64,000 bases of DNA from Mobula hypostoma. Its lineage: Eukaryota. Of this stretch, positions 1 to 13,278 are shown in pieces. The position numbers and the translations under genes are program-made. Below the pieces are notes generated by a model, which saw only the letters and a program-made list of their open reading frames with translations, searched no databases and was not told the DNA's origin. The DNA lies in contig NC_086109.1 in assembly GCF_963921235.1 (NCBI RefSeq), positions 15,254,001 through 15,318,000 of the forward strand. The letters run 5' to 3'. Position 1 is the stretch's first letter. Every line of letters starts with the position of its first letter.

Positions 1-107
1 GAGTTGCTGCTTTAAGAGTTTTGTCTATGGTGGAACATCTTGCAGCTAACTCATGTTTACATGCTTCTCCCAATCAAAGGTCAAGGATCGAATCTATTTG
101 CCTTTTA

Positions 108-647
108 CACTCAATAGCCACTTTATTAGGTACACCTGCACACCTGCTCGTTAATACAAATATCTAATCAGCCAATCATGTGGCAGCAAATCAATGTATG
201 AAAACATTCAGACACAGTCAAGAGGTTGAGTTATTTTTCAGATTAAACATCAGAATGGGGAAGAAATGTGATCTGAGTGACTTTGACGATGGAATGATTG
301 TTTGTGCCACATGGGGTGGTTTGAGTATGTCAGAAGCTGCAGATCTCTTGGGGTTTTCAGGCACAAGAATGTCTAGAGTTTACAGAGAAGGAAAACAAAC
401 AACCAAAAAAAAAAAACCACCCAGTGAGCAGCAGTTCTGTGAGCCAAAATGCCTTGTTAAAGAGAGAGGTCAGAGGAGAATGGCCAGACTGGTTCAAGCT
501 GATAGGAAGGTGACAATGTGTTACAACAGTGGTGTGCAGAAGAGCATCTCTGAACATACAACACGTTGGACCTTGAAGTGGATGATCTGCAACAACAGAG
601 GACACTCAGTGACTACTTTATTAGGTATAGGAAGTGCTTACTGAGTG
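108..647 (+). mobile_element. Internally deleted Tc1-like DNA transposon
   Basis: TA|CACTCAATAGCCACTTTATTAGGTAC ... CTGAGTG|TA ends. ORF 180-644 contains MGKKCDLSDFDDGMIV..GLSMSEAADLLGFS..SRVYRE, resembling the Tc1 N-terminal HTH; no DDE domain. Confidence 0.85.
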
Positions 648-1612
648 TATATTTGCACATATTGGGAATTTGCTGTGGTGTGTTGATGCAACATGTAGCT
701 AAAAACAACATTCAACAATTATAAAGAATTATGTAAACATTAGAGTTTAAAGTACAAAAACGGAATAAAATATGCAAAATATATAAACACCAGCATGTAT
801 TTTCAATGTAAATGACATTATTACAAGTGGTTTAAAGTGTACAGTTTAGTGATTGAGGTTATAGTTAGTGGTGGGGTGGGGTGTGGTAACTAGATTGATG
901 TAGCTAATGATGTAGAATATTCCACAGATAATATATCAGCCTACAGTAAAGGTCTTGAGCTCCTGGTACTCCTGATCAGAACACCGTGCATGTTATAAAT
1001 AACTGCAATCCATAACTTATGCAGCAGCATTTTAGTTTAGGTGTTTTTATTCACAATATAATCTCTAAACCTGCTGCCTGATATGAACATTGTACAGTTC
1101 TCTGTGGACAAATACATAACTAGGAGGGAAACAGAAAGCCTCCTGTGTCTAGGGATAAGCCTCACTAATTTCCGAGATTTACATGGCATGATTAAATAGA
1201 CTTACTACAACCATCTTGTTAGTCACTCGAGTCAGCCAATGGATTGAAGAGTTCTTTTACACTAAGATTGTATGAGATACTGTCTTTGTCTTGACATTTG
1301 AGTTATGGTTCCCAGTTTAGTTCTAATTCTTGTAGAATGTGCAGGGTTTTTTTTCTCTCTGTCTAATGTTCTGACAAGATCTGTGAGCAATCAGAAGCTC
1401 CATCTCCAACTGCAGTGACAGGGTATATTGGTTGAGGTTGTATGGCTGTATCAGCTAAACACAGGCACATGTAACTGTGTAACATAGATGTAGAAGTATA
1501 AGGGAAGGGTAAATTCAGGTCAGATACTAGAGATATGGAAGACAAGTTTAGTTAGGAGTAGAAGATCCAAGATGAATGATTAGTTCCATCATCAGGGACG
1601 TTCATCGCTGTG

Positions 1613-1909
1613 ATATTATTTTATTTATTTACTGATACAGCACAGTGTAGGCTCTCCTGGCCCTTCAAGCCTTGCCCAAAAAACCCAACCAACCCTATCC
1701 TAATCAAGTGACCATTTACAATGACCAATTAATCTACCCCGTACGTTTTTGGAGTGTGGGAGGAAACCGGAGGACCCAGGAAAAATCCACGCGCTCCTCG
1801 GGGAGGACGTACAGAGACCATTTACAGAATGGCGCTGGAATTGAACCCAGAACTCCAGGATGCCCGAGCTGTAATAGCGTCGCGCTAACTGCAATGCTAC
1901 CGTGACGCC
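1613..1909 (-). mobile_element. tRNA-derived SINE (V-SINE-like)
   Basis: Minus strand: A-box-like GGTAGCATTGCAGTTAGC, B-box GGGTTCAATTCC, central CTCCGGTTTCCTCCCACA domain, (AAAT)n tail. Confidence 0.8.
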
Positions 1910-1964
1910 TGTTCCTTGTTTGTAGGAGGAAATTATGGCAGCCGCTTCATCTAGTTGAAGAGAA

Positions 1965-2160
1965 AAATCTGCAATTGCTGAAAATCTGAAATCAAAACAG
2001 AAAATACTGGGAACATTTAGCAGGTCAGGCAATATCCGTGGAAGGAGAAACAGAGAGTTTCAGGTTGAAAACTTTTCGTCCAGCCTAGAGCATTCACTCA
2101 GTTTCACATTTCACCGATGCTGTCTCACCTGCTGAGTGTTTGCAGCATTTCCTCTTTCAG
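1965..2160. mobile_element. Old Penelope-like terminal-repeat remnant, fold-back
   Basis: AGCAGGTCAGGCAATATC arm followed by inverted GATGCTG..CACCTGCTGAG arm; diverged relative of the family at 6256 and 58780. Confidence 0.55.
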
Positions 2161-2287
2161 TTTATTCATGCAGAACTTCTAAAAAGCATTGCCAAGTGCA
2201 AGCATATGGACTTCAATCTACTCAATAACTGTCTAACACTCCGTTAGCTATCTAAGCAGTTTAATCATAAATTAGAACATAGAACCG

Positions 2288-2720
2288 TTACTTACTCACT
2301 CACTGTCTGTTACGCTGCTGGCGTTTCAGGCAGCAATGAAGATTCTCCATCTCCAGCAGTGTTCAGAGCTTCCTTTATCGTGTCAGCAGTCCCCTCTCAG
2401 TTTTTACTACTGTTGGTCATGCAAGTCCCAGGTGGAGACTCAGGAATACTGTTAACACTTAGATGTAGAATGAGTCTTTTTGTTGTTTCCATGGCAATTT
2501 TGTTTGACTAGTCAGGGTTATCAGCCCTGAGCTGAACCCCCAAACCTGGAGGACCGGCAAACCACTCTTAGTCTGGCCTCTACATTTTGACCTGTTTGGC
2601 ATGGGTGACCCTACCAAGAGCCAAAACATAAAGCCCAACTGACATAGGTCTGGTCTCCAAGTCATTGAGGCATGCAACCCTCCAAACCCTACAACAAGGT
2701 TGTGGTCCTCTTGGAAGGTG
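2288..2720 (-). mobile_element. Non-autonomous element, RTE/RTE-X-like
   Basis: (TGAG)n-type tail at ~2290; non-coding body resembling RTE-family UTRs. Confidence 0.45.
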
Positions 2721-2729
2721 GAACAGTTA

Positions 2730-4900
2730 CGACACAGGAACAATGTTGTGCTGAGCCAATTAAATTGGTAATCAAATGGCTACCTAAACTAATCACAATG
2801 TCCATATCCTTTCATATTTCTCACATTCATGTGTTTATCTAAATGTCTCTTAAAAGTCTCTAATGTTCCTGCCTCTACCTCCACCCCAGGCATTGCATTC
2901 CAGGCACCCACCACTGTCTGTGTAAAAAATTTGCCCCTCGCATCTCCTTTGAAATGACCTCCTCTCATGTTAAATGCATGCCCTTTGGTATTAGACATTT
3001 CAACCCTTGGAAGAACATATTGCCTACTGTATCTATGCCTCTCATAATCTTATAAACCTACCGGATCTCCCCTCAGCCTTTGGCACTCTGGAGAAAACAG
3101 CTCAAGTTTGTCCGACCTCCTGTCATAGCACATACCCTGTAATCCAGGCAATGTCTTGGTAAACCGCTTCTGCACCCGATCCAAAGTCTTGACACCCTTC
3201 CTAGAAAGGGGTGACCAGAACTATAGGCAATACTCCAGATGTGGCCTAACTGGAGTTTTATAAAACTGCATCATAACCTCCTGACTTCTGAACTCAATAC
3301 CTCGACCAATAAAGGCAAGCATGCTATTTGCCTTGTTAACCACCCTATCAACCTGTGTAGTCACTTTCAGGGAGCCGTGAACTTGGACCCCAAGATTCCT
3401 CTGCACATCAACACTGTTAATGCACTTCCCCTTAATAGTGTACTGTCTCTTCACATTAGACCTACCAAGGTGCAACTCTTCACATTTGGTCGGGTTTAAA
3501 TGAGCTGCCGTTTCTCTGCTCATATTTGCTACTGATCTGTGTTCTTTACCAGTCTTCCACACTATCCACAACACCACCAACCCTTGTATCATCTGCAAAC
3601 TTACTATTCCACTCATTTCTGCTTTCCTCCAGGTCTTTTCTATACATCTCATACAGCAGAGGTCCAAGTACAGATCCCTGTGAAACACCACTAATCACAG
3701 ACCTCCAGCTAGAATAAGTCCCTTTGCCCACTACGGGCAAGCAATTCTGAATCCAAACAGCCAATTCATCGTGGATCCCATGCATCTTAATCTTTTGGAT
3801 GAGCCTCTCATGAGGGACCTTGACAAATACCTTACTAAAATCCAAGTCGACAAAATCCACAGCTCTACCTTCATCAATCACCTAAGTCACCTTGTCAGAA
3901 AACTCAATCAATTTAGTAAGAGGCAACTTGCCCCGCATAAAGCCATGATGGCTCTCCTTAATCAGGCCATGCTCATGAATCATATCCCCAAGAATTCTCT
4001 TCAGTAACTTCCCTACTGTTGATGTGAGACTCACTGGTCTACAGTTTCCAGGATTATTGGTGGTTCCCTTCTTGAATAAGGAACAACATTAGCTATATGC
4101 CAGTCCTCCTGAACTTTTCCCGTGGCTAGAGAGAACATAAAGATGTTGGTCAAGGGACCAGCAATCTCTTCTCTTGCTTCTCCCAGTAACCTGTGGTATA
4201 TCCCTTCAGGCCCTGGGGACTTATCCACCTTAATGCTCTTAAAGGGACTCTGCACATCCTTCTCCTTAGTAAATACTGATGTAAAGTATTCATTAAAGAC
4301 TTACCCCACATTTCTGGCATCCAAGCAAACGTTCCCCAATTATCCTTGTGTGGTCCTAACCGCTCCCTAGTTATCGTCTTGCTCTTGATGTACGTATAGA
4401 TTGCCTTGGAATTCCCTGTAATCCTGCTTGCGAAGGACTTTTCGTGGTCCATCCTGGATTTCCTAATTTTTTTCTTGAGTTCAATTCTGACTTCATTGTA
4501 ATTCTCAAGGACATTGTTTGATTCTATCTTTCTGAGCTTTACATACTTTCCCTTTTACTACTTGACTAAATTCATCATCTCTCTCAACATCCAAAGTTCT
4601 CTTACCTTGCCATCTTTGTCCTTCCTTCTGAATGGAACCTCCACATGTCAGATGTAGACATGCCCAAAGACAGCTGTTCCCAATTCACTCGTAATTTGCC
4701 CTGCTCCAATTTTCCAATTTAATGCACTTCTGCAAAGTCCATACTTACCTTTTTCTCCAGCTATCTAAAAACTTTAGGAGATGTGGCCACTGCTCTCTGA
4801 CTGTTCACCCATTGGGAGATCAGTCACTTGGCCAGGCTCATTGCTCAACACCAGATCCAGTACAGCCTCTCCTGTTGTTGAACTATCTACATATTGATTT
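2730..4900 (-). mobile_element. CR1 LINE ORF2, degenerate, 5'-truncated
   Basis: Minus-strand peptides KSPGPEGIY, DFSKVF, SGVSQGSVLGPLL, KFADDTRVGG, VRPHLEYC, FFTQTVVGAWN; many frameshifts. Confidence 0.92.
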
Positions 4901-4916
4901 ATGAAACCTTCTTTTA

Positions 4917-5178
4917 ATTCATTCATTGAGATACAGTGTGAAACAGGCCCTTCTGGTCAGCAACTCCCCCACCCCACCCCCCGATTTAACCCTAGTCTGA
5001 CCGACCATGGGACAATTTACAATGATCAACCTACCTTCTTTGGACTGTGGGAGGAAACCGGACAACCCGGAGAAAATCTACGCGGTCACAGTGAGAACGT
5101 ACAAACTCCTTACAGAAGCATCTGGAATTGAACCCACTTGCTGGTATTGAAAAGCATCGTGCTAGTCAATACGCTATG
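4917..5178 (-). mobile_element. tRNA-derived SINE
   Basis: Same family as 1613-1909 (TGTGGGAGGAAACCGGA, GAATTGAACCC). Confidence 0.75.
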
Positions 5179-5789
5179 TTTTAGATTGCCCAAGTTTTAG
5201 ATTGAAGCTTGACCTGCTAATGTGTCTTTCATTTTAAATTGCTAGATCCTGATTTGATGTTTGAGTTCTTCCCGGATGTAATTTATTCTTTCACTACGGT
5301 ACTACTGGGAGGCTCAATGTGTAAACAAAAATATAGTTTAAATAGCTTGGTCTTTGGTGAGCAAATTTAAGTATAATTAGTTCTCAGTAATAGACTGGGA
5401 GTAGGCTGGAAATTATTCTTAAATGAGTTGGTAAGATGAAGAGGTTAAGAATATTTCTGATTCTCTTGATGAATATTCTTGTCAACATATTGATCTTAGC
5501 ATCCTTGGAATATTCCATAACTACTGTCAGAGCCAAGTCACTTGTAGAAGTAGTTGTATTGCAATTGCTTACATGCTGTGATCTAAAGAGAGTCATGTAG
5601 TTACTGAAAATACTTTCATCCTCTACACAATAATAAAGCCACACAAAAATTGGTTTCTGGAAGAAATGGACCTGGTAAATTCAGGAGCTGCAACCAGCTT
5701 AATGCTGCACTGGGCCTTGTAGGAGTGACACCAGAAGACACCAGTTGTACAGGGTAAGAAGACTTACCTGCCTCTTATTTCTGGAAACC

Positions 5790-6035
5790 TTGATGCTAGG
5801 TTGCAGACTCTCACTGCTATGGTCGGAGGTTCCCGCCTGCTTCAAAAAGGCAACAATTATACCAGTGCCCAGGAAGAGTAGTGCGAGTTGCCTTAATCAC
5901 TATCGTCTAGTAGTTCTCACATCTACTGTGATGAAATGCTTTGAGAGGCTGGTCATGGCCAGAACCAACTCCTGCCTCAACAGGGACCTGCCACAATGGG
6001 CCTACGGCAGATACAATCTCCATGGCTCTTCACAT
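5790..6035 (+). mobile_element. Rex1/Babar LINE RT fragment
   Basis: VPACFKKATIIPVPRK..CLNHYRLVVLTSTVMKCFERLV. Confidence 0.85.
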
Positions 6036-6142
6036 GGATTATTCATCTAGTATTAAGCCTTACTAGTGATAGGCCTCTGCATTGCAGGTCATCCCTATCA
6101 CAGTTATATTGAATCTGTTGCATTGATTTTGCTTTTTTTTTG

Positions 6143-6633
6143 GGTCACCATGGTAGTGAGTGGTTAGTACAACACGACTATAGCTCGGGGCGTCAGAATT
6201 TGGAGTACAGTTCCGACTCTGTGTGTAAGAAGTTTGTCCATCCTTCCTGTGAGCTAAAATGCAAACAACAGGAATTCTGCAGATGCTGGAAATTCAAGCA
6301 ACACACATAACAGTTGCTGGTGAACGCAGCAGGCCAGGCAGCATCTCTAGGAAGAGGTGCAGTCGACATTTCAGGTCTCGGCCTGAAACGTCGAGTGCAC
6401 CTCTTCCTAGAGATGCTGCCTGGCCTGCTGCGTTCACCAGCAGCTTTTATGTGTGTTGCTTCCTGTGAGCTCGTGGGTTTCCTCCGGGTGCTTCAGTTTC
6501 TCCTCACATTCCAGAGATGTACTGGTTAGTAGGTAAATTGCCCTAGGATTAAGTGGGTGGCTTGCTGGGTGGTGTGGCTCATTTGGCTGTAATAGCCTGT
6601 TCCGTGCTGTACCTCTGAATAAATAAATAAATA
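6143..6633 (+). mobile_element. tRNA-derived SINE interrupted by a Penelope-like insert
   Basis: GGTAGTGAGTGGTTAG head, GGGTTTCCTCCGGGTGCTTCAGTTTCTC core, (AAAT)n tail. Confidence 0.8.
6256..6458. mobile_element. Penelope-like fold-back insert with 13-bp TSD
   Basis: Inverted arms ~6296-6375 and ~6382-6460; CTTCCTGTGAGCT at 6243-6255 and 6459-6471. Confidence 0.85.
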
Positions 6634-7650
6634 CCATTTCCTCCACCAGGGCAGACTTGTTCCATTATTTGCCTTCTGAGGTTACATCACATATATTGCA
6701 GATTTCCTGCGTTCCAGTCCCTTGCATCAAGCCTGTTGTAAGGGGTGGCACAGTGTTACAACAGGCAGTGTCATTGACCTGGTGATCTGGTTTAAACTTG
6801 ACCTTGCCTGCTCTTCAGATGGAGTTTGCATTTTTTTCCGGGTGATCACCTAATCTTCCTGGAATGTTCTGGTGTTCTCCCTTTTCCCAAAGTCATGCTG
6901 GAAGGTTAATTGGTTACTGTAACCAATTCTGGTTCTGTCAGGTTCAGGAGCAATAATCAACAGGCTTTTGAACCACAGGGAATAACTTCACTCAACTGTT
7001 ATGGCTATTATTCTACGGATTTATTGAGTACGCCCGCAAGAAAATGAGTCTCAGGTGACATATATGTACTTCAGTAATAAATTTACTTTGACCTTTGAAG
7101 TATCCTCTGGTGTAGGTGAATGGCAGGAGATTCAGAAAATGGAAGTGAAATTGATGCACAAGTGAGCTAGAGTAGATTAAGGAGTTGTTATGTGGAGTAA
7201 CATGACTTATGTAATACTCTGAGAGTCAGCATACGGTTAATGGAATGAATGGACTCTTGTTGTATCTTAAGTAAATATGAGAATTTTTTAAAAAAAGAAT
7301 ATGAAGTACATCTCATGCATTATAGATTATAGGAACCAGGCGGAGAACTGCCTTTTTCAAAAAACTCCCTTCTGGAAAGTGCTACAGGGATATTAAAACA
7401 AAAGCATCATGCCAATTTAGAAGTCTTTTTCCTCCCCAGGCAGATAATCTGATCAACCCTTCTAGTTAGCCACCCCACCCCCCTCTATCTATTACCCCTG
7501 TCGCTGTGCTGCACTGTAGACACATAAAACCACTTTTTACAATGCTATTTACATAGTAAATACATGCTGGTATTTATGTATTTATGCACATTTATTCCAT
7601 ATCTGTACTTTAAACTAACTTTATTTTCCATATAATTCCTTATTCTTGTA

Positions 7651-7715
7651 CAGTTCTGTGCAAAAGTCTTGGGTACATATATAGATAGGGTGGCTAAGAC
7701 TTTTGCACAGCACTC
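7651..7715. mobile_element. 65-bp Tc1/mariner-type MITE
   Basis: TA|CAGTTCTGTGCAAAAGTCTT ... AAGACTTTTGCACAGCACTC|TA inverted ends with TA flanks. Confidence 0.8.
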
Positions 7716-7839
7716 TATACTGGATAAATAGGGAGCTGGTTTGGAAACAGCAATAAGACTACTTAGCTTTGTATTGCTCAGTAGTATTAAGTGTTATTTG
7801 GCAACTGTAAAGACATAATATACAAGTACCTGGGGTGCG

Positions 7840-9080
7840 CCAAAATGACAGACTTGAGTGAAGCACCAGCTTAGAGGCAGTGTACAAGAAGGGCCAGAGT
7901 CACCTCTACCTCCTGAGGAGACTGAGGTGCTTTGGAGTATGCAGGCCTCTCCATCACATGTTCTACCAGGCTGTTGTTGCCCGTACAATCTTCTGTGCAG
8001 TGGAGTGCTGGGGCAACGGCATCATCACGGGTGATGCCAGCAGGCTCAATAAACTGATTAGAAATGCTGGTTCTGTTATAGGAGTCAAACTGGACGCATT
8101 GAAGTCTGTGGTAGAGCAAAGGACCATACAGAAAATCCTGGCAATTCTGGACAATGTTTCTCACTCTCTGTAAGCCATCTTGGCTGAACAGTGGAACATT
8201 TTTAGTACTAGACTAATACAACAGCGCTGTTCCAAAGAGTGCTATATAACGTTGTTAACCTCGGCCATTAGATTAGATTAGATTATGAGGACACCCAGTC
8301 CTCTTTTATTGTCTTTTAGTAACGCATGCATTAAGAAATAATACAATTTGTTCCTCCAGAATGATATCACAGAAACACAAGACAAACCAAGCCTAAAAAA
8401 ACTGACAAAAAACACATAATTATAACATATAGTTGCAACAGTGCAAAGCAATACCGTAATTTGATGAAGAACAGACCATGGGCACGGTAAAAAATGGTCT
8501 CAAAGTCTCTCGAAAGTCCCATCATCACACGCAGACGGTTGAAGGGAGAAACTCTCCCTGCCATGAACCTCCAGCGCCGCAAACTTGTCGATGCAGCATT
8601 CTGGAAGCACCCAACCACAGTCCGACTCTGAGTCCATCCAAAAACTTTGAGCCTCCGACACCGAGTACTGAGCACCATCTCTGCTGAGCGCTTCAACCCC
8701 AGCCCTGGCAACAGGCAATAGGCAAAGCTGAGGATTTGGGGCCTTCCCCTCCAGAGATTCTCGATCGCACAGTAGCAGTGGCAGCAAAGCAGGCATTTCA
8801 GGAGTTTCTCCAGGTGTTCCTCCGTGCTTCTCACGTCCGTCTCCATCAAATCAGGATTGTGCATAGCCCCTATTTAACAAACACATTAGGCTCTATAATG
8901 AGTAAACCTATAGCTGGGGAAGTGATGATCCCCTCCTGTTAGACCGTTTGAGGTAACTTTTTAAAAATTCTTTCTTACTTCTCTTCTAATATTTATGTAT
9001 TTGTATATCTGTGCACTTGTAATGCTATTGCAACACTGTATAAATTTCCTTTGGGATCAATAAAGTATCTATCTATCTAT
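7840..9080 (+). mobile_element. Rex1/Babar LINE 3' fragment split by an insertion
   Basis: YKKGQSHLYLLRRLR..FYQAVVARTIFCAVECWG..; resumes ~8885; AATAAAG(TATC)n tail. Confidence 0.8.
8270..8885 (-). mobile_element. Non-autonomous Rex-like element with (AATCT)n tail
   Basis: Homologous to 11855-12250 and 60262-60870; CATTAG duplicated at flanks. Confidence 0.75.
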
Positions 9081-9429
9081 CATGCAAACGTTTTGCCACC
9101 CTAGCTCTCTCTCCCTCAGCAAGTTCCTAATATATGTAAATGTATCTGGTGAATAAAGTTGATCCTTGTCCATTGTGGATCACTTGTACACTGAGCTTGT
9201 TGTATTGTACATGTATTACGGGTTTCTTGGTGATCGGTTCTCCCAGGCTGTAATACTTCTAGCTCCATGGGCCTCCAGCGAAGCAAATATCAGTTATAGG
9301 AAGTCTGTCACATTATCAGACCCATGAATTTTACCTGTTGAAGCCAATTCATAATGTAGAAGACTTGTAGAGCATCAGTCCTACATTTTAGGTGTTTGCA
9401 TTTTTGGTTTCTGATGCGCTTTGGAAGAT

Positions 9430-10105
9430 TGGATTTGACCTATAGCAGAATACAAGATTAATGGCAAGATTCTTGGCAGTGTGGGGGAACAGAAGGATAT
9501 TGGGGTCCATGTTCATAGGACTGTCAAGTTAATATGGTTGTAAGAAGGTGTATGGTGTGTTGGCTTTCATTAGTTGGGGGAATGCATTCAGAAGTCGCAT
9601 GTTAATGTCGCAGTTCTATAAAACCCGGATAGATCACGCTTGGAATATTGTGTTCAGTTCTGGACACCTCATTATAGGAAGGGTGTAAAAGCTTCAGAGA
9701 GGGTGTAGAGGAGGTTCACCAGGATGCCACCTGGGCTAGAGGGCAAATCTTCTGAAGGTAGGTTGAGTGAGCTAGGGCTTTTCTCTTTGGAGCAAAGCAG
9801 GATGAGAGGTGACTTGCTTGGAGAGTACATGATGGTAAGAGGCCTTTTTTCCAGGGCAAAAATGGTTAGTGCAAGGGGGCATAATATTGAGGTGATTGGA
9901 GCAAAGCATGGGGTGGGGGGTTATTTCAGAGTGTGGTAGGTGCATGAAATGGCCTGCCAGGGATGGTGGTAATGGTATTTAAGAAACTCTTAGATAAGCA
10001 CATGGATGATAGAAAAATGGAGGGTTATGTAGAAGGGAAGGGTTAGATTGAGCTCAGTGTAGGTTAAAAAGTTGGCACATCATCACGTTCTATGTTCTAT
10101 CTTCT
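9430..10105 (+). mobile_element. CR1 3' fragment
   Basis: LEYCVQFW-like segment, RLSELGLFSLEQSRMRGDL, (TTCTA(TG))n tail. Confidence 0.85.
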
Positions 10106-10289
10106 GTATTTCTTAGTGAGGAGCTCTCCGAGATCATGGGTCAGTTCCATTAAAGGTCTTCTCTCATTAAGTATATCTTCTATTGCACAGTGCCAACATT
10201 ATCACAAAGTGTCAGGAATCTTCTTGTTGAGACGAACCCTTTTTAATTTCCACTTGCTGTCTCATTCAATGGATCCATCTGGACGGTGA

Positions 10290-11720
10290 GATAACACCAG
10301 GCAGTGCTCAGAGGAGAACTAGAAGGATGCCACCAGGGTGGGAGAAATTTAGTTATGAGGTAAGATTAAATGGTTGGTGTTAATTTCTGTGGAACATGGG
10401 AGTGAGCTAATGGAGTGTATAAATTAGAGGTTGAGAATGATTGCACATGAAAGACCTATATCTCTTGGCTCAGAGCTCAGTAACTAAGATGAGGAGATAT
10501 GAAGTAATTGGTAGAAGGATTAGAGAGGAATTCATTAAAAAAGGTTTCACCCTGAGGGCCGTGAGACTCTGGAACTCATTTCTCTGGATGAGAATGTGAA
10601 ATGGTGAGACCTATGGAATAAAATGAGAAAAATCAAAACATAAACACCTTAGGATGTGGGATATAGATAACCTCCAAGGAATGCTGCATCTTAAGGGATA
10701 TTGAGGTTCAGTTCTCTGTACCTCGGGAGGTACAGAGAACTGAAAACAGAATAGGACTGACAGGACCGTAGAAACAGTGAGGTGGGGGGTACTTATAAAC
10801 GAAATGAGCTGAGCAAAGCAGTGTCATGATATATCATTAGCAGTCAATGCTGAGAATCATTGCAAATCACTTTTAAGTATGTTAAGGGTTAGAAGGTAAT
10901 CAGGGAAAGAGCAGGGCCCCTTAGGAGCAAAAGGGCAAATGGTGTGTTGATACAAAGCAGATAGGTGAGATCTTAAATGAATACTTCTCATCTGCTGTCG
11001 CTAGGACAAAGACATTATAGTCGTAGCATTCAGGGAGGAAGATGGTGAACTTCTGGGACAAGTTATCATTAAAAAGGCATTAAATATTGCGGCGGGTTGA
11101 AACCCTGAAGGCTTGATGAGATATATCCTGGGTTGCTTTGTGGAGTGGTGTAAGGGAAGATAGTGCTGGGACCTTAGCAGAGATTTTTAAAAATTCATCA
11201 GCCCAAGTGAGGTGCCAAATAAGAGGAAGCAGTAGCAGGTCAGAATCTAATGCCGGTTAGGGAGGTTATTGGAAAAGACTGTGAGGAACAAGATTAATCC
11301 TCACTTGGAAAAGTGGAGCTCAATTTCACCTTGCTTGGGTAAATCCAGTCTGACCAGTTTGATGGTATTTTTCAAAGAAGTCATAAAGTGTTTTTGATAA
11401 GGGTGGAGGAATGGATGAAGTCTACATGTGCTTCAGTCTTTGATGAGATTTGTTTAAAAGGCAGAGCCCATGGGAAGCAGGACAAATACTTTGGATCCAA
11501 AATTGTCTTGCTACAGTAATAGGAAGCAAAGGGTGATTGTGCAGGATTGCTTTTGTGATTGGGAGCCTGTGACCAGTGGGGTACCACAGTAACTGGTGCC
11601 AGAAGTCCTGCTGATTGTAATACACATGAATGATTTGCATGCAAATGTAGAAAGTATGATAAGTAAGTTCACAGATTACAGAAAACTTGGTGTTGAAAGT
11701 AAGGAGATCAGACTTAGTGA
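10290..11720 (+). mobile_element. Highly decayed CR1 fragments
   Basis: Remnant CR1 C-terminus (10290-10580) and RT region (MNDLHANVESMISKFTD). Confidence 0.65.
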
Positions 11721-11854
11721 CAGGAATAGAAACCCACTTATCTCATCAGAATCAGGTTTATTATCACCAGCATATGTCATGAAATTTGTTAATTTAGCAG
11801 CAGCAGTTCAATGCAATACGTGATAATATAGAAAAAAATGTAAATGCATTTTAG

Positions 11855-12250
11855 ATTTAGATTTAGATTTCGATTATGAGAACACTCCGTCCTCTTTTAT
11901 TCATTTAGAAATGCATACATGCCTTAAGAAATGATACAATGTTTCTCCAGAGTGATATCACAAAAAACAGGACAAACCAAAGACTAACACTGACAGAACC
12001 ACATAATTGTAACATGTAGTTACAGCAGTGCAAAGCAATACCATAATTTGATGAAGTACAGACCATAAGCACAGTAAAAATAGTCTCAAAGTCCCGAGTC
12101 GATGGACTTCCGAGTCCCCGATAGCAGGCGGCAAAAGGGAGAAACTCCCTGCCATAAACCTCCAGGTACCGTCAACTTGCCGATACCTTGGAAGCAGCCG
12201 ACCACAGCCGACACAGCCGTCGCGCCGCCATCTTCTCCCCGCTCCCGGGA
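11855..12250 (-). mobile_element. Short non-autonomous Rex-like element
   Basis: Minus strand begins ..GAAGATGGCGGCGCG and ends ATAATCGAAATCT-like tail; internally shorter than the 60262 copy. Confidence 0.75.
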
Positions 12251-12759
12251 GGTTACAGTAAGTATATATATGTATATTAAATAGATTAAAAATAGTGCAA
12301 AAACAGAAATAATGTATATTAAAAAAGGAGAGGTAATGTTCATGGGTTCAATGCCCACTTAGAAATCAGATGGCCGAGGGGAAGAAGCTGTTCCTGTATC
12401 GCTGAGTGTGTGCCTTCAGGCTTCTGTACCTCCTTCCTGATGGTAACAGTGAGAAGAGGGCATGTCCTGGGTGATGGGGGTCCTTAATGATTGGTGCCAC
12501 CTTTCTAAGGCACTGCTCCTGAAGATGTCTTGGATATTATGGAGGCTATTACCCAAGATTAATTTTACAACTTTCTGTAGCTTCCTTCGGTACTGTGAAG
12601 TAGGCCCCACCCCATACCAGACAGTGATGCAGCCTGTCAGAATGCTCTCCATAGTACATCTATAGAAATTTTTGAGTGTTTTAGTTGACAAACCAAATCT
12701 CCTCAAACTCTAATGAATTATAACTGTTGTCTTGCTTTCTTTATAGCTGCATCGATATT

Positions 12760-13278
12760 AAAACATAGAAACATAGAAAACCTATAGCACAATACAGGCC
12801 CTTCGGCTCACAAAGTTGTGCCGAACATGTCCTTACCTTAGAACTACCTATGCTTACCCATAGCCCTCTATTTTTCTAGGCTCCACGTATCCATCCAGGA
12901 GTCTCTTGAAAGACCCTATCATTTCCGACTCCACCGCTGCCGCCGGCAGCCCATTCCATGCACTCACCGCTCTCTGCGTAAAAAACTTACCCTTGACGTC
13001 TCCTCTGTACCTGCTTCCAAGCACCTTAAAACTATGCCCACTCGTGCTTCTCATCCTCTGTCACTCCAAGGAGAAAAGGCCGAGTTCACTCAAACTATTC
13101 TCATAAGACATGCTCCCCAATCCAGGCAACATCCGTGTAAATCTCCTCTGCACCCTTCCTATGGTTTCCACGTCTTTCCTGTAGTGAGGTGACCAGAATT
13201 GAGCACAGTACTCCAAGTGGGATCTGACCAGGGTCCTATATAGCTGCAACATTACCTCTCAGCTCTTAAACTTAATCA
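12760..13278 (-). mobile_element. CR1 3' fragment nested in Rex
   Basis: [38 protein letters not shown]; (TTCTATGT)n tail. Confidence 0.92.

Noticed and set aside
1830..1909. tRNA gene
   Set aside because: A/B boxes belong to a SINE head; no convincing cloverleaf.
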